Source: Candidatus Bathyarchaeota archaeon (lineage in GTDB: Archaea; Thermoproteota; Bathyarchaeia; Bathyarchaeales; Bathycorpusculaceae). From it: a stretch of DNA of 64,000 nt. Positions 10,130 to 20,098 of this stretch are shown here, piece after piece. The stretch is taken from assembly GCA_003165195.1 (NCBI GenBank), contig PLSP01000042.1:28-64027 (forward strand). Direction: 5' to 3'. The first letter of the stretch is position 1, and each line of letters starts with the position of its first letter. A program made the position numbers and the translations under genes. A model generated the notes under the pieces. The model had not been told where the DNA came from. It saw only the letters and a list, made by a program, of their open reading frames with translations, and ran no database searches.

Positions 10130-11626
10130 ATGACAGCTCTTAGCCCAAAAGATAATTCATTAACAAGTAATGTAAAAGTCGACAAGTATCCCATTCGGGC
10201 ACTTGTAGTCTTAACTGCGTCTCTCCTTCTCATCAGTTATGTGGAAACCATGGTTCTTCCAGGTATCCCCACCATCGTAAAGGACCTCTCAACAACAACA
10301 ACCATCGGCTCTTGGATAACATCCATAGTTCTCCTAGTTGCCGCTGTGGTTTCATCAACTTTCGGTAAACTTGGTGACCTCTTTGGAAAGAAAAAAATGA
10401 TGATTGTAGCCTTGCTTTTCTACACTGTAGGAGTCAGCATCGCGGGTTTCTCAACAAGTATTTACTTCCTGATATTTGCCCGGGCCATCCAAGGGGTAGG
10501 CTTAGCCATGCTTCCGCTGGCCCTAGCGTTTTTAACCGATATATTTCCTAAAGAACGGTTAGCTATGGCGCAAGGCGTCATTGCAGGTTCCGCAGCCATC
10601 AGCACTTCATTGGGTCTAGTGCTCGGATCATATGTAGTTCAAGACTTAGGTTGGCGAGCTGCCTTCCACACTGCCGCAATATTGAGCGTTATCATTTTTG
10701 TTGCTGTACTAATAGTTCTGAAAAAGGACGTCTCCCTCATAAAGTGCAAAGTGGACTACGTCGGTGCCACACTGCTCTCAGTGGGAATAGCACTTGTATT
10801 GATTTACACGACGGAAGGGTCGGCGTTGGGTTGGTTTTCGCTTGAAGAACTAGCGTTCCTGATTCCAGGGATTGCACTAATAATTTCATTCTTTTACGCT
10901 GAAACCGTTGTACCTGAACCCTTAATTCAGCTAAAACTGTTAAAAATAAGAAATGTCCTCGTCGCAAATTTGGTCACTCTTATTGCAGGCATTAACAATT
11001 TTCTGCTCTTCTTCGCTGTCGTGGAGTACCTTGAAGTGCCTAAGCCCTACGGGCTAGGCTTTGATATAATCCAAACCGGCCTGACGCTTGTTCCAGGTAC
11101 GATAATTATGCTAGTACTGGGCCCGCTTGTTGGAAGGCTGCTACCCAGAGTGGGACCCAAGCCAACTCTCATTACAGGCGCATGCACGTTAATTGTAAGC
11201 TATTTGCTGTTCACAGTTAACCGAGGAACCGCTTTAGACGTTACGATAAACATAATTTTCGGTTTCGCAGGGCTTATCATTCTGCTGGTACCTATCGTCA
11301 ACATGATATCTATTTCTCTGCCGAAAGAAGATGTCTCAGTTGGACAGGGATTCAATACAACTTTGAAATTCGTGGGAAGTGCAGTTGGACCAGTACTTAC
11401 AACGTCAATCTTAGCTTCATTCACCGTTGCGTTAACTAAAGTCATAGGCGGGAAAACAGTTACCATCGCAACTCTGCCCTCAGCAACAGCGTTCAACGTT
11501 ATCTTCGGAATAGGCATTGCATTATCCGTTTTAATCATCGCTTTGAGTCTGGCAATTAAGAACGATGTTTTCAAAAAACCGAAACAGGATGTGTCGAGAA
11601 CCCTTGAAAAGAAGACTGTACCTTAG
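10130..11626 (+). CDS. MFS transporter (DHA2/EmrB-like, 14 TM)
   Basis: MFS motif A GKLGDLFGKK, ARAIQGVG, many TM segments. Confidence 0.92.
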   Translation: MTALSPKDNSLTSNVKVDKYPIRALVVLTASLLLISYVETMVLPGIPTIVKDLSTTTTIGSWITSIVLLVAAVVSSTFGKLGDLFGKKKMMIVALLFYTVGVSIAGFSTSIYFLIFARAIQGVGLAMLPLALAFLTDIFPKERLAMAQGVIAGSAAISTSLGLVLGSYVVQDLGWRAAFHTAAILSVIIFVAVLIVLKKDVSLIKCKVDYVGATLLSVGIALVLIYTTEGSALGWFSLEELAFLIPGIALIISFFYAETVVPEPLIQLKLLKIRNVLVANLVTLIAGINNFLLFFAVVEYLEVPKPYGLGFDIIQTGLTLVPGTIIMLVLGPLVGRLLPRVGPKPTLITGACTLIVSYLLFTVNRGTALDVTINIIFGFAGLIILLVPIVNMISISLPKEDVSVGQGFNTTLKFVGSAVGPVLTTSILASFTVALTKVIGGKTVTIATLPSATAFNVIFGIGIALSVLIIALSLAIKNDVFKKPKQDVSRTLEKKTVP

Positions 11627-11627
11627 G

Positions 11628-12005
11628 ATGGAAGCCAGTGCCCGCTCGTTAAATTACCTGCTGGGCTGGCTTATTGCGGGAACGAGAGGCGGACCAAATA
11701 GGGCAAGAATCATTGAGACATTAAAGCAATCCCCGTTAAACATAAACCAACTGGCAGTAGCTCTGAAAATTAGCTATAAAACAGCAAAGGAGCATTGTGA
11801 CATATTGGAGAAAAACCACATAGTTACAACGCTTGCGCTCAAAGGTGGTATAACAACTTACGCTTTATCCCAAACTATGAGAGAGAACTATCTGACGTTT
11901 GAGAAATTAGTAGGGAAAATTGATGAACGGTCAAATGGTCGAAAGACAAGCCAAACTTTGGTCGCTAACGAACTTGAGTTGAGGGAGATTAAAATTGGTT
12001 TCTGA
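11628..12005 (+). CDS. ArsR-like winged-helix regulator
   Basis: WLIAGTRGGPNRARII..P.NINQLA..L..SYKT..H..ILEK, an archaeal ArsR-type motif. Confidence 0.8.
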   Translation: MEASARSLNYLLGWLIAGTRGGPNRARIIETLKQSPLNINQLAVALKISYKTAKEHCDILEKNHIVTTLALKGGITTYALSQTMRENYLTFEKLVGKIDERSNGRKTSQTLVANELELREIKIGF

Positions 12006-12784
12006 CAAAACGATTCGATTTGCAAACAAAAATATCGATCTGTCTACGCTGTCATGCCGCATAATTGAGTATCTAAAACGAGAATGGTACGAGATACAAC
12101 ACGCTGAAGGCATTCGTGAAGTACGTACTCATTAAAGCTCGAAAAGAAAGCATTCTAAGAGACCTATGTATGAAAGATAGATGCCTTACTATGCTTGTTC
12201 TAGGACAACCTGATGATTTCAGCGTCCACGTTGGCATTGGACAGTGGCTTCAAATCCCACCCCTTGCACTTTGCCCCTTTTGCAAAATAGAGCTTGATCA
12301 CCAATTATTCTGGTAAATGACCTCGAGCTTGGACGTTACTCAAAAATACGGGACCCCGACCAAAACATAAACTTTAGTAATTTCGGGACAAATCAGCGCG
12401 CGAGCGTTATCTGTAAGTTTTATCCATTTTTTGCGCACCATGTCATCGCATGTTGAGGAAAGCAGAACAACATCTCTTAACCCGAATAATAAAAGAAGCT
12501 TGAGAATGAACAACAGAGATGCTTTATAGTATTCTCTTAACAAGTTTAGGCTCAAGGCACACCCCTAGCTGCTTATACTAATTACAACATATTGCAACCT
12601 ATGCGTATGATAATTTGAAAATATTGGGTGCACTATGCATATTAAGATCAAAAGTATTAACATAATAATAGCAAAACAGTAAATTCGTCTAATTTGCGTA
12701 AGTCGAATATACTGTTTTTCTAGCAAAATTGTTGCATAGACGATGCCCTAGACGATTCTATGCGTGTTGAAAAGGAGGCAAAAA

Positions 12785-13726
12785 ATGAGCAAAAAAGAAG
12801 TAACTAAAACACAGACCCGCTTGTCCGACAAGTGCCCAGAGTGCAGTAGCGAAAACCTGGTCCACGATTATGATACTGGAGAAACTGTTTGTGGTGACTG
12901 CGGCTTGGTCCTCTACGAGCAAATGATGGATAAAGGGCCAGAATGGCGCGCGTTTACCCAAGAGGAGAAAGCATCAAGAAGCCGAGTTGGAGTACCCACA
13001 TCATACTCCGTTCACGACAAAGGCTTATCCACAGCCATTAGCCAAGTCGACCGAGATGCGTTTGGGAGAAAACTCCCCTTGGCGACAAGGCTGCAGATGT
13101 GGCGTCTTCGCAAATGGCAAATACGAAGCCGAGTGCACTCATCCATCGACAGAAACCTTGCCCAAGCCATGGCAGAACTCGACAGGCTCTCAGACAAACT
13201 CTACATTCCACCACCAGTCAAAGAAAAAGCCGCTGTTGTTTACCGAAAAGCCTTAGACAAAGGTCTTGTCCGCGGAAGATCAATTGCCGCTATCGCTGCT
13301 GCTTCGCTTTATGCTGCTTGCCGTGGAAGCGGAACACCACGCACATTGCGAGAAATTGCCGAAGCCAGCCTCGTTGATAAGAAAGATGTTTCAAGATGCT
13401 ATAGACTATTATTGTGTCAGCTTGACTTGCACATGCCTATTGCTGACCCACTAACATATGTCTCGAAGATCGCTGAGAAAACTGGCATTTCAGGCAAAAC
13501 CCAAGGTGCAGCCATCCAAATTCTCAGAGACGCAAGGCGCAAGCGTGCTGCAGCTGGAAAAGACCCCATGGGTTTAGCAGCCGCTGCTCTCTACATTGCT
13601 TGCTTACAAAACAACGAGAAAAAGACTCAAAAAGATATTGCTGAAGCTGCTGGCGTAACTGAAGTTACTGTACGCAACCGCTACAAAACACTCAAAAAAC
13701 AATTGAATCTTGAGTTGCCCGATTAG
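12785..13726 (+). CDS. tfb: Transcription initiation factor IIB
   Basis: Zn ribbon CPEC..CGDC, DKGPEWRAF B-reader, two cyclin repeats, VTEVTVRNRYK. Confidence 0.97.
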   Translation: MSKKEVTKTQTRLSDKCPECSSENLVHDYDTGETVCGDCGLVLYEQMMDKGPEWRAFTQEEKASRSRVGVPTSYSVHDKGLSTAISQVDRDAFGRKLPLATRLQMWRLRKWQIRSRVHSSIDRNLAQAMAELDRLSDKLYIPPPVKEKAAVVYRKALDKGLVRGRSIAAIAAASLYAACRGSGTPRTLREIAEASLVDKKDVSRCYRLLLCQLDLHMPIADPLTYVSKIAEKTGISGKTQGAAIQILRDARRKRAAAGKDPMGLAAAALYIACLQNNEKKTQKDIAEAAGVTEVTVRNRYKTLKKQLNLELPD

Positions 13727-13777
13727 GCAACTATTTTTTCAATCAAGTCTAACCTCTTGGTTTAACAAAAAAAGAAA

Positions 13778-13880
13778 AGAGAAAATTCTAAGTTCCTGTT
13801 GCATTTTTTGCTTCTTGTGCTGCTTCTGGAGCATTCTGCTTGACAGCACTGATGCCGTTAACAATGTCTGTTACTGCATC
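13778..13880 (-). pseudogene. 3' fragment of a homolog of the proviral holin-like gene at 32858-33118
   Basis: 95 of 103 nt identical to 32848-32950, including the stop codon; encodes DAVTDIVNGISAVKQNAPEAAQEAKNATGT*. Confidence 0.85.
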
Positions 13881-13948
13881 AGCGAATAAACAATTGACGA
13901 GTTGTTAAAAAAGAACAGTTTGCCCGAGGTTTGGTTCAGAACCCGATC

Positions 13949-14010
13949 CCAAGTCAAATAATAAAAAAGGGAATGTTTGAGGAAATAGTACTTATTCAGT
14001 TCTGGAGTGG
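13949..14010 (+). repeat. 62-bp direct repeat, copy 1 (upstream of pcn)
   Basis: CCAAGTCAAA...GGGAATGTTTGAGGAAATAGTACTTATTCAGTTCTGGAGTGG; 60 of 62 nt identical to 15111-15172. Confidence 0.95.
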
Positions 14011-14212
14011 TGGGACTGCCCCAACTCACCGCTCTGGAGCTGAATACGAGGCCAGGATACCAATTGGCAGATTTACCCGTTACAGGTAGATCACTTTTGC
14101 TGTTTCCTGGACAGTAGATCCGCGAAGAACCCCAAGCCGAACAGCGCCATCACGCTTAATTTCGTAAATCTTTATAACGCAACAGGGTATGCATACCAAG
14201 AGGAAGATTGGA

Positions 14213-14968
14213 ATGTTTAAGCTTAAAGTGGCTGACTCAAAATTCTTAAGAGAAATGGTCACAGCCATCTCAATACTCGTAGATGAAGCTACCTTCAAAA
14301 TTGAACCCGACGGCTTGAAACTTCGGGCTATGGATCCCTCTCGCGTTGCAATGATCGATTTTGAATTGCCTAAAACAATCTTCGAAGAATACGTTTGCAG
14401 TGAACCCATTAAAATAGGTATGAAAATAAGCGAACTGCTGAAATTGCTGAAGAGAGCCGGGAAAGACGAAGCAGTGGAGCTGTTGCTTGATGATAAGACT
14501 GGGCGTTTGCAGGTTAAGATAACAGGGAAGTACAGCCGAGACTTCACTATGCCCACGCTGTTAGCCTCGGAGGAAGAAGTGCCAACTCCAAAGATAACCT
14601 TCAACGTAAAAGCTAAGATTACAACGCACGGTTTGAGCGAAGCAATTGAAGATGCTAGACTAGTCAGTGACCATGTTAGATTTGAAGCGGACCCGGAAAA
14701 GCTGGTTTTGAACGCTATGGGTGATCTCATGGGTGCTACGATAACTCTGCAGAAGGGAAATGATGCTCTTTTGGATTTGGAGGTAAAAGAAGCTTCAAAG
14801 GCAACTTTTAGCCTAAATTATTTGTCTGAAATTATTAAAGCGGCTTCAGCCACATCCGACATCGCTACACTAGAGTTCTCAACCGACATGCCTGTGCTCA
14901 TCGATTTTCAACAGACGAAAGGAGGAAAACTAACTTTCTTCCTGGCGCCAAGAATCGAAACAGAATAA
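14213..14968 (+). CDS. pcn: DNA polymerase sliding clamp PCNA
   Basis: LRAMDPSRVAMID, FSLNYL, C-terminal FFLAPRIE. Confidence 0.97.
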   Translation: MFKLKVADSKFLREMVTAISILVDEATFKIEPDGLKLRAMDPSRVAMIDFELPKTIFEEYVCSEPIKIGMKISELLKLLKRAGKDEAVELLLDDKTGRLQVKITGKYSRDFTMPTLLASEEEVPTPKITFNVKAKITTHGLSEAIEDARLVSDHVRFEADPEKLVLNAMGDLMGATITLQKGNDALLDLEVKEASKATFSLNYLSEIIKAASATSDIATLEFSTDMPVLIDFQQTKGGKLTFFLAPRIETE

Positions 14969-15110
14969 TGAAATTAGGCGGTTCAAAAAAAATGGTATAT
15001 GTGAGCATATGCATAGGTCTCTCCCGGGCTACCGCTGCATATGCTCTTGTGTACCGTTTTCTTAGAAGCACTTTGACTATGGCTTGATTCAGGGGTTGGT
15101 CCAGAGCTGG

Positions 15111-15172
15111 CCAAGTCAAATTACAAAAAAGGGAATGTTTGAGGAAATAGTACTTATTCAGTTCTGGAGTGG
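15111..15172 (+). repeat. 62-bp direct repeat, copy 2 (downstream of pcn)
   Basis: Matches 13949-14010 with 2 mismatches. Confidence 0.95.
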
Positions 15173-15194
15173 GGCCGCTGGGTCCCGAACCCAA
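15169..15194 (-). other. tRNA 3'-end-like fragment (T-arm plus acceptor 3' strand), probable integration scar
   Basis: Minus strand reads TTGGG-TTCGGGA-CCCAG-CGGCCCC-AC; no 5' half nearby. Confidence 0.5.
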
Positions 15195-15502
15195 AGTCTG
15201 GTGGGACCATTCAGATTGAAACGCGCTACGCTAAGAAATTTCAAACCTACGGACCAGAAGACAACTATCATAAGAGGCCGCATATGCAAGTGGGTTGCTA
15301 CAGTCGAGTCCTGAGTATAAAGCCAAAATGGCCGAAATACAAAACACCATACAAAAAACCAAACTCAAGCTTGAGTAACCGCTTTGTGACGGCTTTTAGC
15401 CAGCTTTTGGATGAAGTTTCAGGGGTAAAAAAAGTGGAAGAGCCGCTTGGGATCCAGAGTTTATTCAGAAGAGTCCTTTTTCCATCATAAGTGCACGTTA
15501 GC

Positions 15503-16926
15503 TTAAGCTACTCGTTCATGCGTTTTTTCCTTGTTTGTTTCTGCCTTTTTGCCGAGGACTTCTTTAGCAAACGCGATGACGATGGCAATAGTTATGAACA
15601 CGGCGGCTGCGACGTAGAAGCAATATTGAAAAGCTGCTGCTGATGGAAGCAACTTGTAGATTGCCTCTCCACTTTGTGCATGTCCCACGAGCACAGAAAT
15701 AGTGAAGGTAGTTAAAATGGAAGCAGCTATAGGAGCGCCAATGCTGTCACCAAGATTACCAAAGACATAGGCAAGCGCGTTAGCTAAGCCCATATCTCGT
15801 GGATCTACCGTCAAGAGCAGTAAATTCTGTACGGTTGAAGTCAAAAACGCGATACCGGCTCCTACTGCGAACATGCCAATGAGGAGGTCCGTATAAGTTG
15901 TTGCCTGAGCTACAAGAAGAAAAGCCAAAACGGCTAGTAGCGTCCCAGAAATCGCTAACGGCTTAACCCCCGTCTTTGAGACGAATTGACCCGCAATCGG
16001 CGCAAATACAAACATAGCCACGGCAAACGGCACAATTGATAAGCCAGTTTGGAAGATATCAAGCCCTAAGCCAACGGGAGACGGCAGCTCGAACTTATAA
16101 ACAAAGACCTGTTCCGCCAGCGTAAAGCCTAGGAGGCCAAAGATTGCAAGATTGGTTACCATGACGTTTCTCATGCTGCTGAGGATATCGTGTTCACAGA
16201 TGCCCAGCCCCAAGTGGGTCCTTGGGCAAGCGTGAGAATTACTAATGCCAATGGAGCACCGAGTAAAGTGGCGCCTATGTAGTCTATTTTGACGTTAGGA
16301 CGCTTATACGGAGACTCTTTTACTAGCACGTAGGTAAGTACCGCAAGAACAATTACAAATGGTATTGCTGTATGATAAGTTCCTTGCCAGCCATAATAGT
16401 TTGATATTAATGAACCGAGAGGAAGAGCTACTGCTAGCCCAGCTCCGCTCATTCCACTAAGAAGTCCCACTGCCTTTGGAAGTTTGTCTCTTGGAAATTC
16501 TTCTCGAACCAGACTGAAAACCAGTGGAGAAATCGAGATGCCTATTCCCTGAACAATCCTAGTTACGAGCAAAAACGTGAAATTCGGAGAAAAACTTGTT
16601 ATCGAAACTGCAGCGGCGTATATGAAGAGAACATAGACAAGGATGCGTTTCTTTCCATATACATCTCCTAGTTTCCCAATGACTGGAACAAGAGCTGTAC
16701 CTGACATAGCGTAGAACGCTATCACCAGGCTTGCTTGAGCGATGCTGACGCCGAATTCTGTTGTGAAGGATGGAAGTGATGGAGTTATCATGGTTTCAAT
16801 GTAGAAGACGGTAAACATAACCCCGACGAGAAGCACTAATAATCTATTGCGGTAATGGGCGTCGTACACGTGGGCTTTTTCTGCTTGCGGTTCTTGCAAT
16901 TTTATCATCCTGAGGGGATAAGCCAA
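15503..16926 (-). pseudogene. MFS transporter (DHA2-like) split by an internal deletion and frameshift
   Basis: ORFs 16171-16926 and 15503-16213 match the N- and C-halves of the 10130 paralog; one TM plus the EPLI loop between GPTWGW and RNVMVTN is missing. Confidence 0.85.
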
Positions 16927-16989
16927 ATTGTTAATTAGGATTGTAGCGCACTAGTTCGCCTATAATGCCAGAAAATAGGTGAGATTGCC

Positions 16990-17631
16990 ATGCGTAGGCT
17001 TGTCATTGAGTTTTCAGGAAAAGAACTACAAAAAACCTTTGAGAAGGTCAAGTCTTTAGAAATGCTGGATATTCTAAAGATGGCTCCAGGAGATTTGGCC
17101 GCAATAATGAAAGTAGAATTCTCAGATCCATCTGCAAAGATTGAAGAACTCTTTCCAGCCCATATCGGAAAGATTGAAGCCGAGCTTTTGTATCAGGAAG
17201 GAGAAATCGGCACTTACTTTATAAAAGCCACGACAAAACAGAAATTGACTGAAAAAGAGCAAAGCGAGTTAGGAAATTTCCCCTATATTTCTTCGCCCCT
17301 TGAATTTAAAGATGGAAAGGTAAAGCATATTTTCATCGGCAATTCAAAGCAGATAAAGAAATATCTTGAGAATCTTGAAAAATCGCCGGTCCATTATAAA
17401 GTGGTTTCAATTATGGATGCTAGGTTCCCGCCGCGTTCGCCGTTAGCCCGCTTAACTGAAAAGCAGCGTGAAGTTCTCCTTAGTGCGTATAAATTTGGGT
17501 ATTATGACTTGCCCAGAAGGATAGGCTCTGAAGAGTTGGCTAAGAAGTTTGGCCTGGTTAAGTCAACCTTTGTTGCGCATAGACGAAAAGCTGAACGGCG
17601 ACTTCTTAAAGAGATGCTGAGCGAGTTCTGA
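16990..17631 (+). CDS. HTH_10 regulator (paralog 3)
   Basis: MRRLVIE start; LTEKQREVL..AYKFGYYDLPRRI..ELAK....KSTFVAHRRKAE. Confidence 0.88.
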   Translation: MRRLVIEFSGKELQKTFEKVKSLEMLDILKMAPGDLAAIMKVEFSDPSAKIEELFPAHIGKIEAELLYQEGEIGTYFIKATTKQKLTEKEQSELGNFPYISSPLEFKDGKVKHIFIGNSKQIKKYLENLEKSPVHYKVVSIMDARFPPRSPLARLTEKQREVLLSAYKFGYYDLPRRIGSEELAKKFGLVKSTFVAHRRKAERRLLKEMLSEF

Positions 17632-17832
17632 GCGCAAAATTGGGCTGTTGAGTTAATGCCCATTCCAATGGCGACACTATATCGTCCGCCATGGCAGCAC
17701 CAACTTCGAAAACAAATTGATTTTTATAGCCGTTTGCCAGTTCAGGAGAAACAAGCCCTGAAAGAAATAGACGCACCAGTGCGCGTGATTCTTTAAATTT
17801 AAGGAGGATTATACTTTATATAATGGTTTAAT

Positions 17833-18399
17833 ATGGCAAAAACAAATCATGTAAATGTCAAAGAGATGAATTTTGATCAATTATTTAAACAAATTTCTCC
17901 GGAAGAGATATGCGACAATGTATTTACGTTGGTAGGAAAAGATTTTTTCGTTATTACTGCAGGCAAGGAAGATCATTATAATTCCATGATAGGCAGTGGG
18001 GGTGGTTTGGGGGTTCTTTTCAAGAAACCTACCACTTGGTGTGGTCTTCGAGCAGACCGTTATACGCTTGAAATGATTCAAAAAGAGCAAACATATACGA
18101 TGTCTTACTTCCCGAAGGAATACAAGGAACAAATGCTCTTTTTGGGAAGTAAATCAGGAAGAGATAGTGAGAAAATGAAAGAAGTTGAATTGACAAGTGT
18201 TCAAACTCCTTCCGGAGATATGTCTTTCAAAGAAGCCAGACTAATTATTGAATGTAAATTAACGGAAATTACTACCCCCAATCCCAATGACTTTTACTCA
18301 CAAGAAGCTAAAGACTGGATAAACGAAGCTTACAAGGAAGAAAGCGATTATCGCAAATATGTATTTGGGGAAATCACCCATGTTTGGGTAAAGAAATAA
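17833..18399 (+). CDS. Flavin reductase-like protein (DIM6/NTAB family)
   Basis: ITAG...YNSM..SGGGLG, RYTLE, GSKSGRD..K, EARLIIECK, FGEI. Confidence 0.85.
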   Translation: MAKTNHVNVKEMNFDQLFKQISPEEICDNVFTLVGKDFFVITAGKEDHYNSMIGSGGGLGVLFKKPTTWCGLRADRYTLEMIQKEQTYTMSYFPKEYKEQMLFLGSKSGRDSEKMKEVELTSVQTPSGDMSFKEARLIIECKLTEITTPNPNDFYSQEAKDWINEAYKEESDYRKYVFGEITHVWVKK

Positions 18400-18643
18400 G
18401 AATGTTTTCTCCATGATGACGGAGGAACTGCTGAACAGAAAGCGGGAGTTGCCAAAGATATAACCGTTGCCATGTCCAAGCATTTCTTGGCATTTGACTC
18501 TTGGTTTCACGACACCAGTCAAAAGCTCGTCGGACAAGAACCCGCCGCAAATAGGGCATCCTGCCAAACCTGCGACAAAACAACTGAAATTCCCAAAAAA
18601 GAAAAAGGGGAAGTATTGTTTTCAGTATAAAAGTGTACGTGGG

Positions 18644-18662
18644 AAGGCGGGTCCGACGGGAA
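18644..18662 (+). repeat. Left att core AAGGCGGGTCCGACGGGAA
   Basis: Identical to 58721-58739; 20 nt from the integrase stop codon. Confidence 0.92.
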
Positions 18663-18669
18663 GCTTTAA

Positions 18670-18690
18670 TGTACAACGACATTTATACCG
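18670..18690 (+). repeat. Inner left arm TGTACAACGACATTTATACCG (inverted repeat of 58700-58720)
   Basis: Reverse complement matches 58700-58720 at 20 of 21 nt; contains the integrase stop codon. Confidence 0.85.
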
Positions 18691-20098
18691 TAGTCTCCGA
18701 TTTTATCAGCCGTTTTAATTCTTGCCCTAAGACTGCCAGCTGTTTATCGATGGCTTCTTCATGGTTTGTTGTGGCGCCGTCTGCTAGTGCTTGTCTTGTC
18801 AGGAGTTGCTCTGGGTTCATTCCCCACGCTCGGATTATTTCCTTAAGTGCGTCGACTTTGCTGACTTTGACTTTTGGTCTTATGGATAGGCCTGCTGCCT
18901 GGTAGACATTTCTTAGAAATTCTATGCCGTTCGATTGTATGTCATTGTAGGTGTCGGGGATGTGTCCCATCATGTAGTCTACGTAGTCTGGTTGAACTCC
19001 TAAAGCGATCATTTGAGTTTTGAAGTATTTGCGGATGCTGTGTTCTCGCAGGTCGTATAAGCGTCCGAGTCCTTTTTTGAGTAAGTCGGCTTTTTTGTAT
19101 AAGTTGTGGACAATATTGCGGATTTGCTTACCTGTAATGCCTTTGATTTTTTTGGTGCTTTCATCTCGGATTAGTGGTGATTCGTCTGTTATGACTTCTG
19201 GCGGAGAGTATCTGGTGCCTTTTCGTCTCATGTCTAAGTAGAGCTCAAGATACATGACAGGTTCGGGACCAAGGAAGGTGTCGTAGTCGCCGTATTTTCC
19301 TTTGGTTATTTCAGCTTCAACGTGTACGTGCAAAGGTATTCTTCGGGCTTCTAAGTCTTCTTTGACATGTCGATACTTGAGCTGTGAGAGGGTGCCTTCT
19401 CTGAATCCTGCTGTGGCTGTGGTTGAAACAATGACTCGTTCGCGTAAGTCGCCGATGTCTAACATCTTTGTTAATTCTTCGGGTCTTGGTGCTCTGTCTT
19501 TGTAGGTTACTCGTCTGCTGAGCGGTTCGGTGAGTTCGACCTTGATGCCGTTGACGCGGTAGAATGTTTTTACGGATTTTATGTAGTTGCTTACTGGTCC
19601 GGGTTTCATTCCATCGTCTTGGAGTTCTGCAAGGTATTCGTTTAGGTATCCTGTGTGGTTTTGTACTCTTTGTGGGTCTGGGATGTTTCCGATTGGCTTT
19701 ATGTCTTGGATGATTAGGTCTGGACTATATCCAAGCCATATTGAGTATCGTTGCACCTGGGCGGTGTAGTTGCAGCAGCTGTTGTATGAACCCGAGCAGT
19801 GACGTAGAAAGTGTCTTGCCATTTTAACTAGAGTTTGGTTGTCAAATACAAAGGGAATAAGTGCTGGTCGTTGACTAACGAAGGATGTCAGGATATAGTT
19901 TATGAGACCTTTTTCTTTGACTGCGAGGACTTTTTCGAGTTCAAGCGCGACTGGTGTTTTGAGTTTGTGTCCTGTTAAGCCTTGGTCTATGATTACAAGG
20001 TTGCTTTGAATTTTTATTGGAAAGTCAATGGTTTTTAGTTCTTCAACGGTGAGCTGGCGGGTGCGAATTATGGGCTGTGCTACGGTAATGCCGTTCAT
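18683..20098 (-). CDS. int: Tyrosine recombinase/integrase
   Basis: Catalytic set: R (GFREG), K (ITKGK), HxxR (HSIR), H (MMGH), Y (DTYN); adjacent to att. Confidence 0.93.
   Translation of the reverse strand: MNGITVAQPIIRTRQLTVEELKTIDFPIKIQSNLVIIDQGLTGHKLKTPVALELEKVLAVKEKGLINYILTSFVSQRPALIPFVFDNQTLVKMARHFLRHCSGSYNSCCNYTAQVQRYSIWLGYSPDLIIQDIKPIGNIPDPQRVQNHTGYLNEYLAELQDDGMKPGPVSNYIKSVKTFYRVNGIKVELTEPLSRRVTYKDRAPRPEELTKMLDIGDLRERVIVSTTATAGFREGTLSQLKYRHVKEDLEARRIPLHVHVEAEITKGKYGDYDTFLGPEPVMYLELYLDMRRKGTRYSPPEVITDESPLIRDESTKKIKGITGKQIRNIVHNLYKKADLLKKGLGRLYDLREHSIRKYFKTQMIALGVQPDYVDYMMGHIPDTYNDIQSNGIEFLRNVYQAAGLSIRPKVKVSKVDALKEIIRAWGMNPEQLLTRQALADGATTNHEEAIDKQLAVLGQELKRLIKSETTV

Noticed and set aside
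12006-12763. Short ORFs or ncRNA in the spacer before tfb
   Set aside because: No recognisable motifs or structure; probably decayed sequence plus promoter
13778-13880. DGR template/variable repeat pair with 32848-32950
   Set aside because: The 8 mismatches are not confined to adenines on either strand, and there is no reverse transcriptase in the window
14080-14730. 216-aa minus-strand ORF and other antisense ORFs (e.g. 30920-31474, 5215-5697)
   Set aside because: Antisense shadows of well-supported genes
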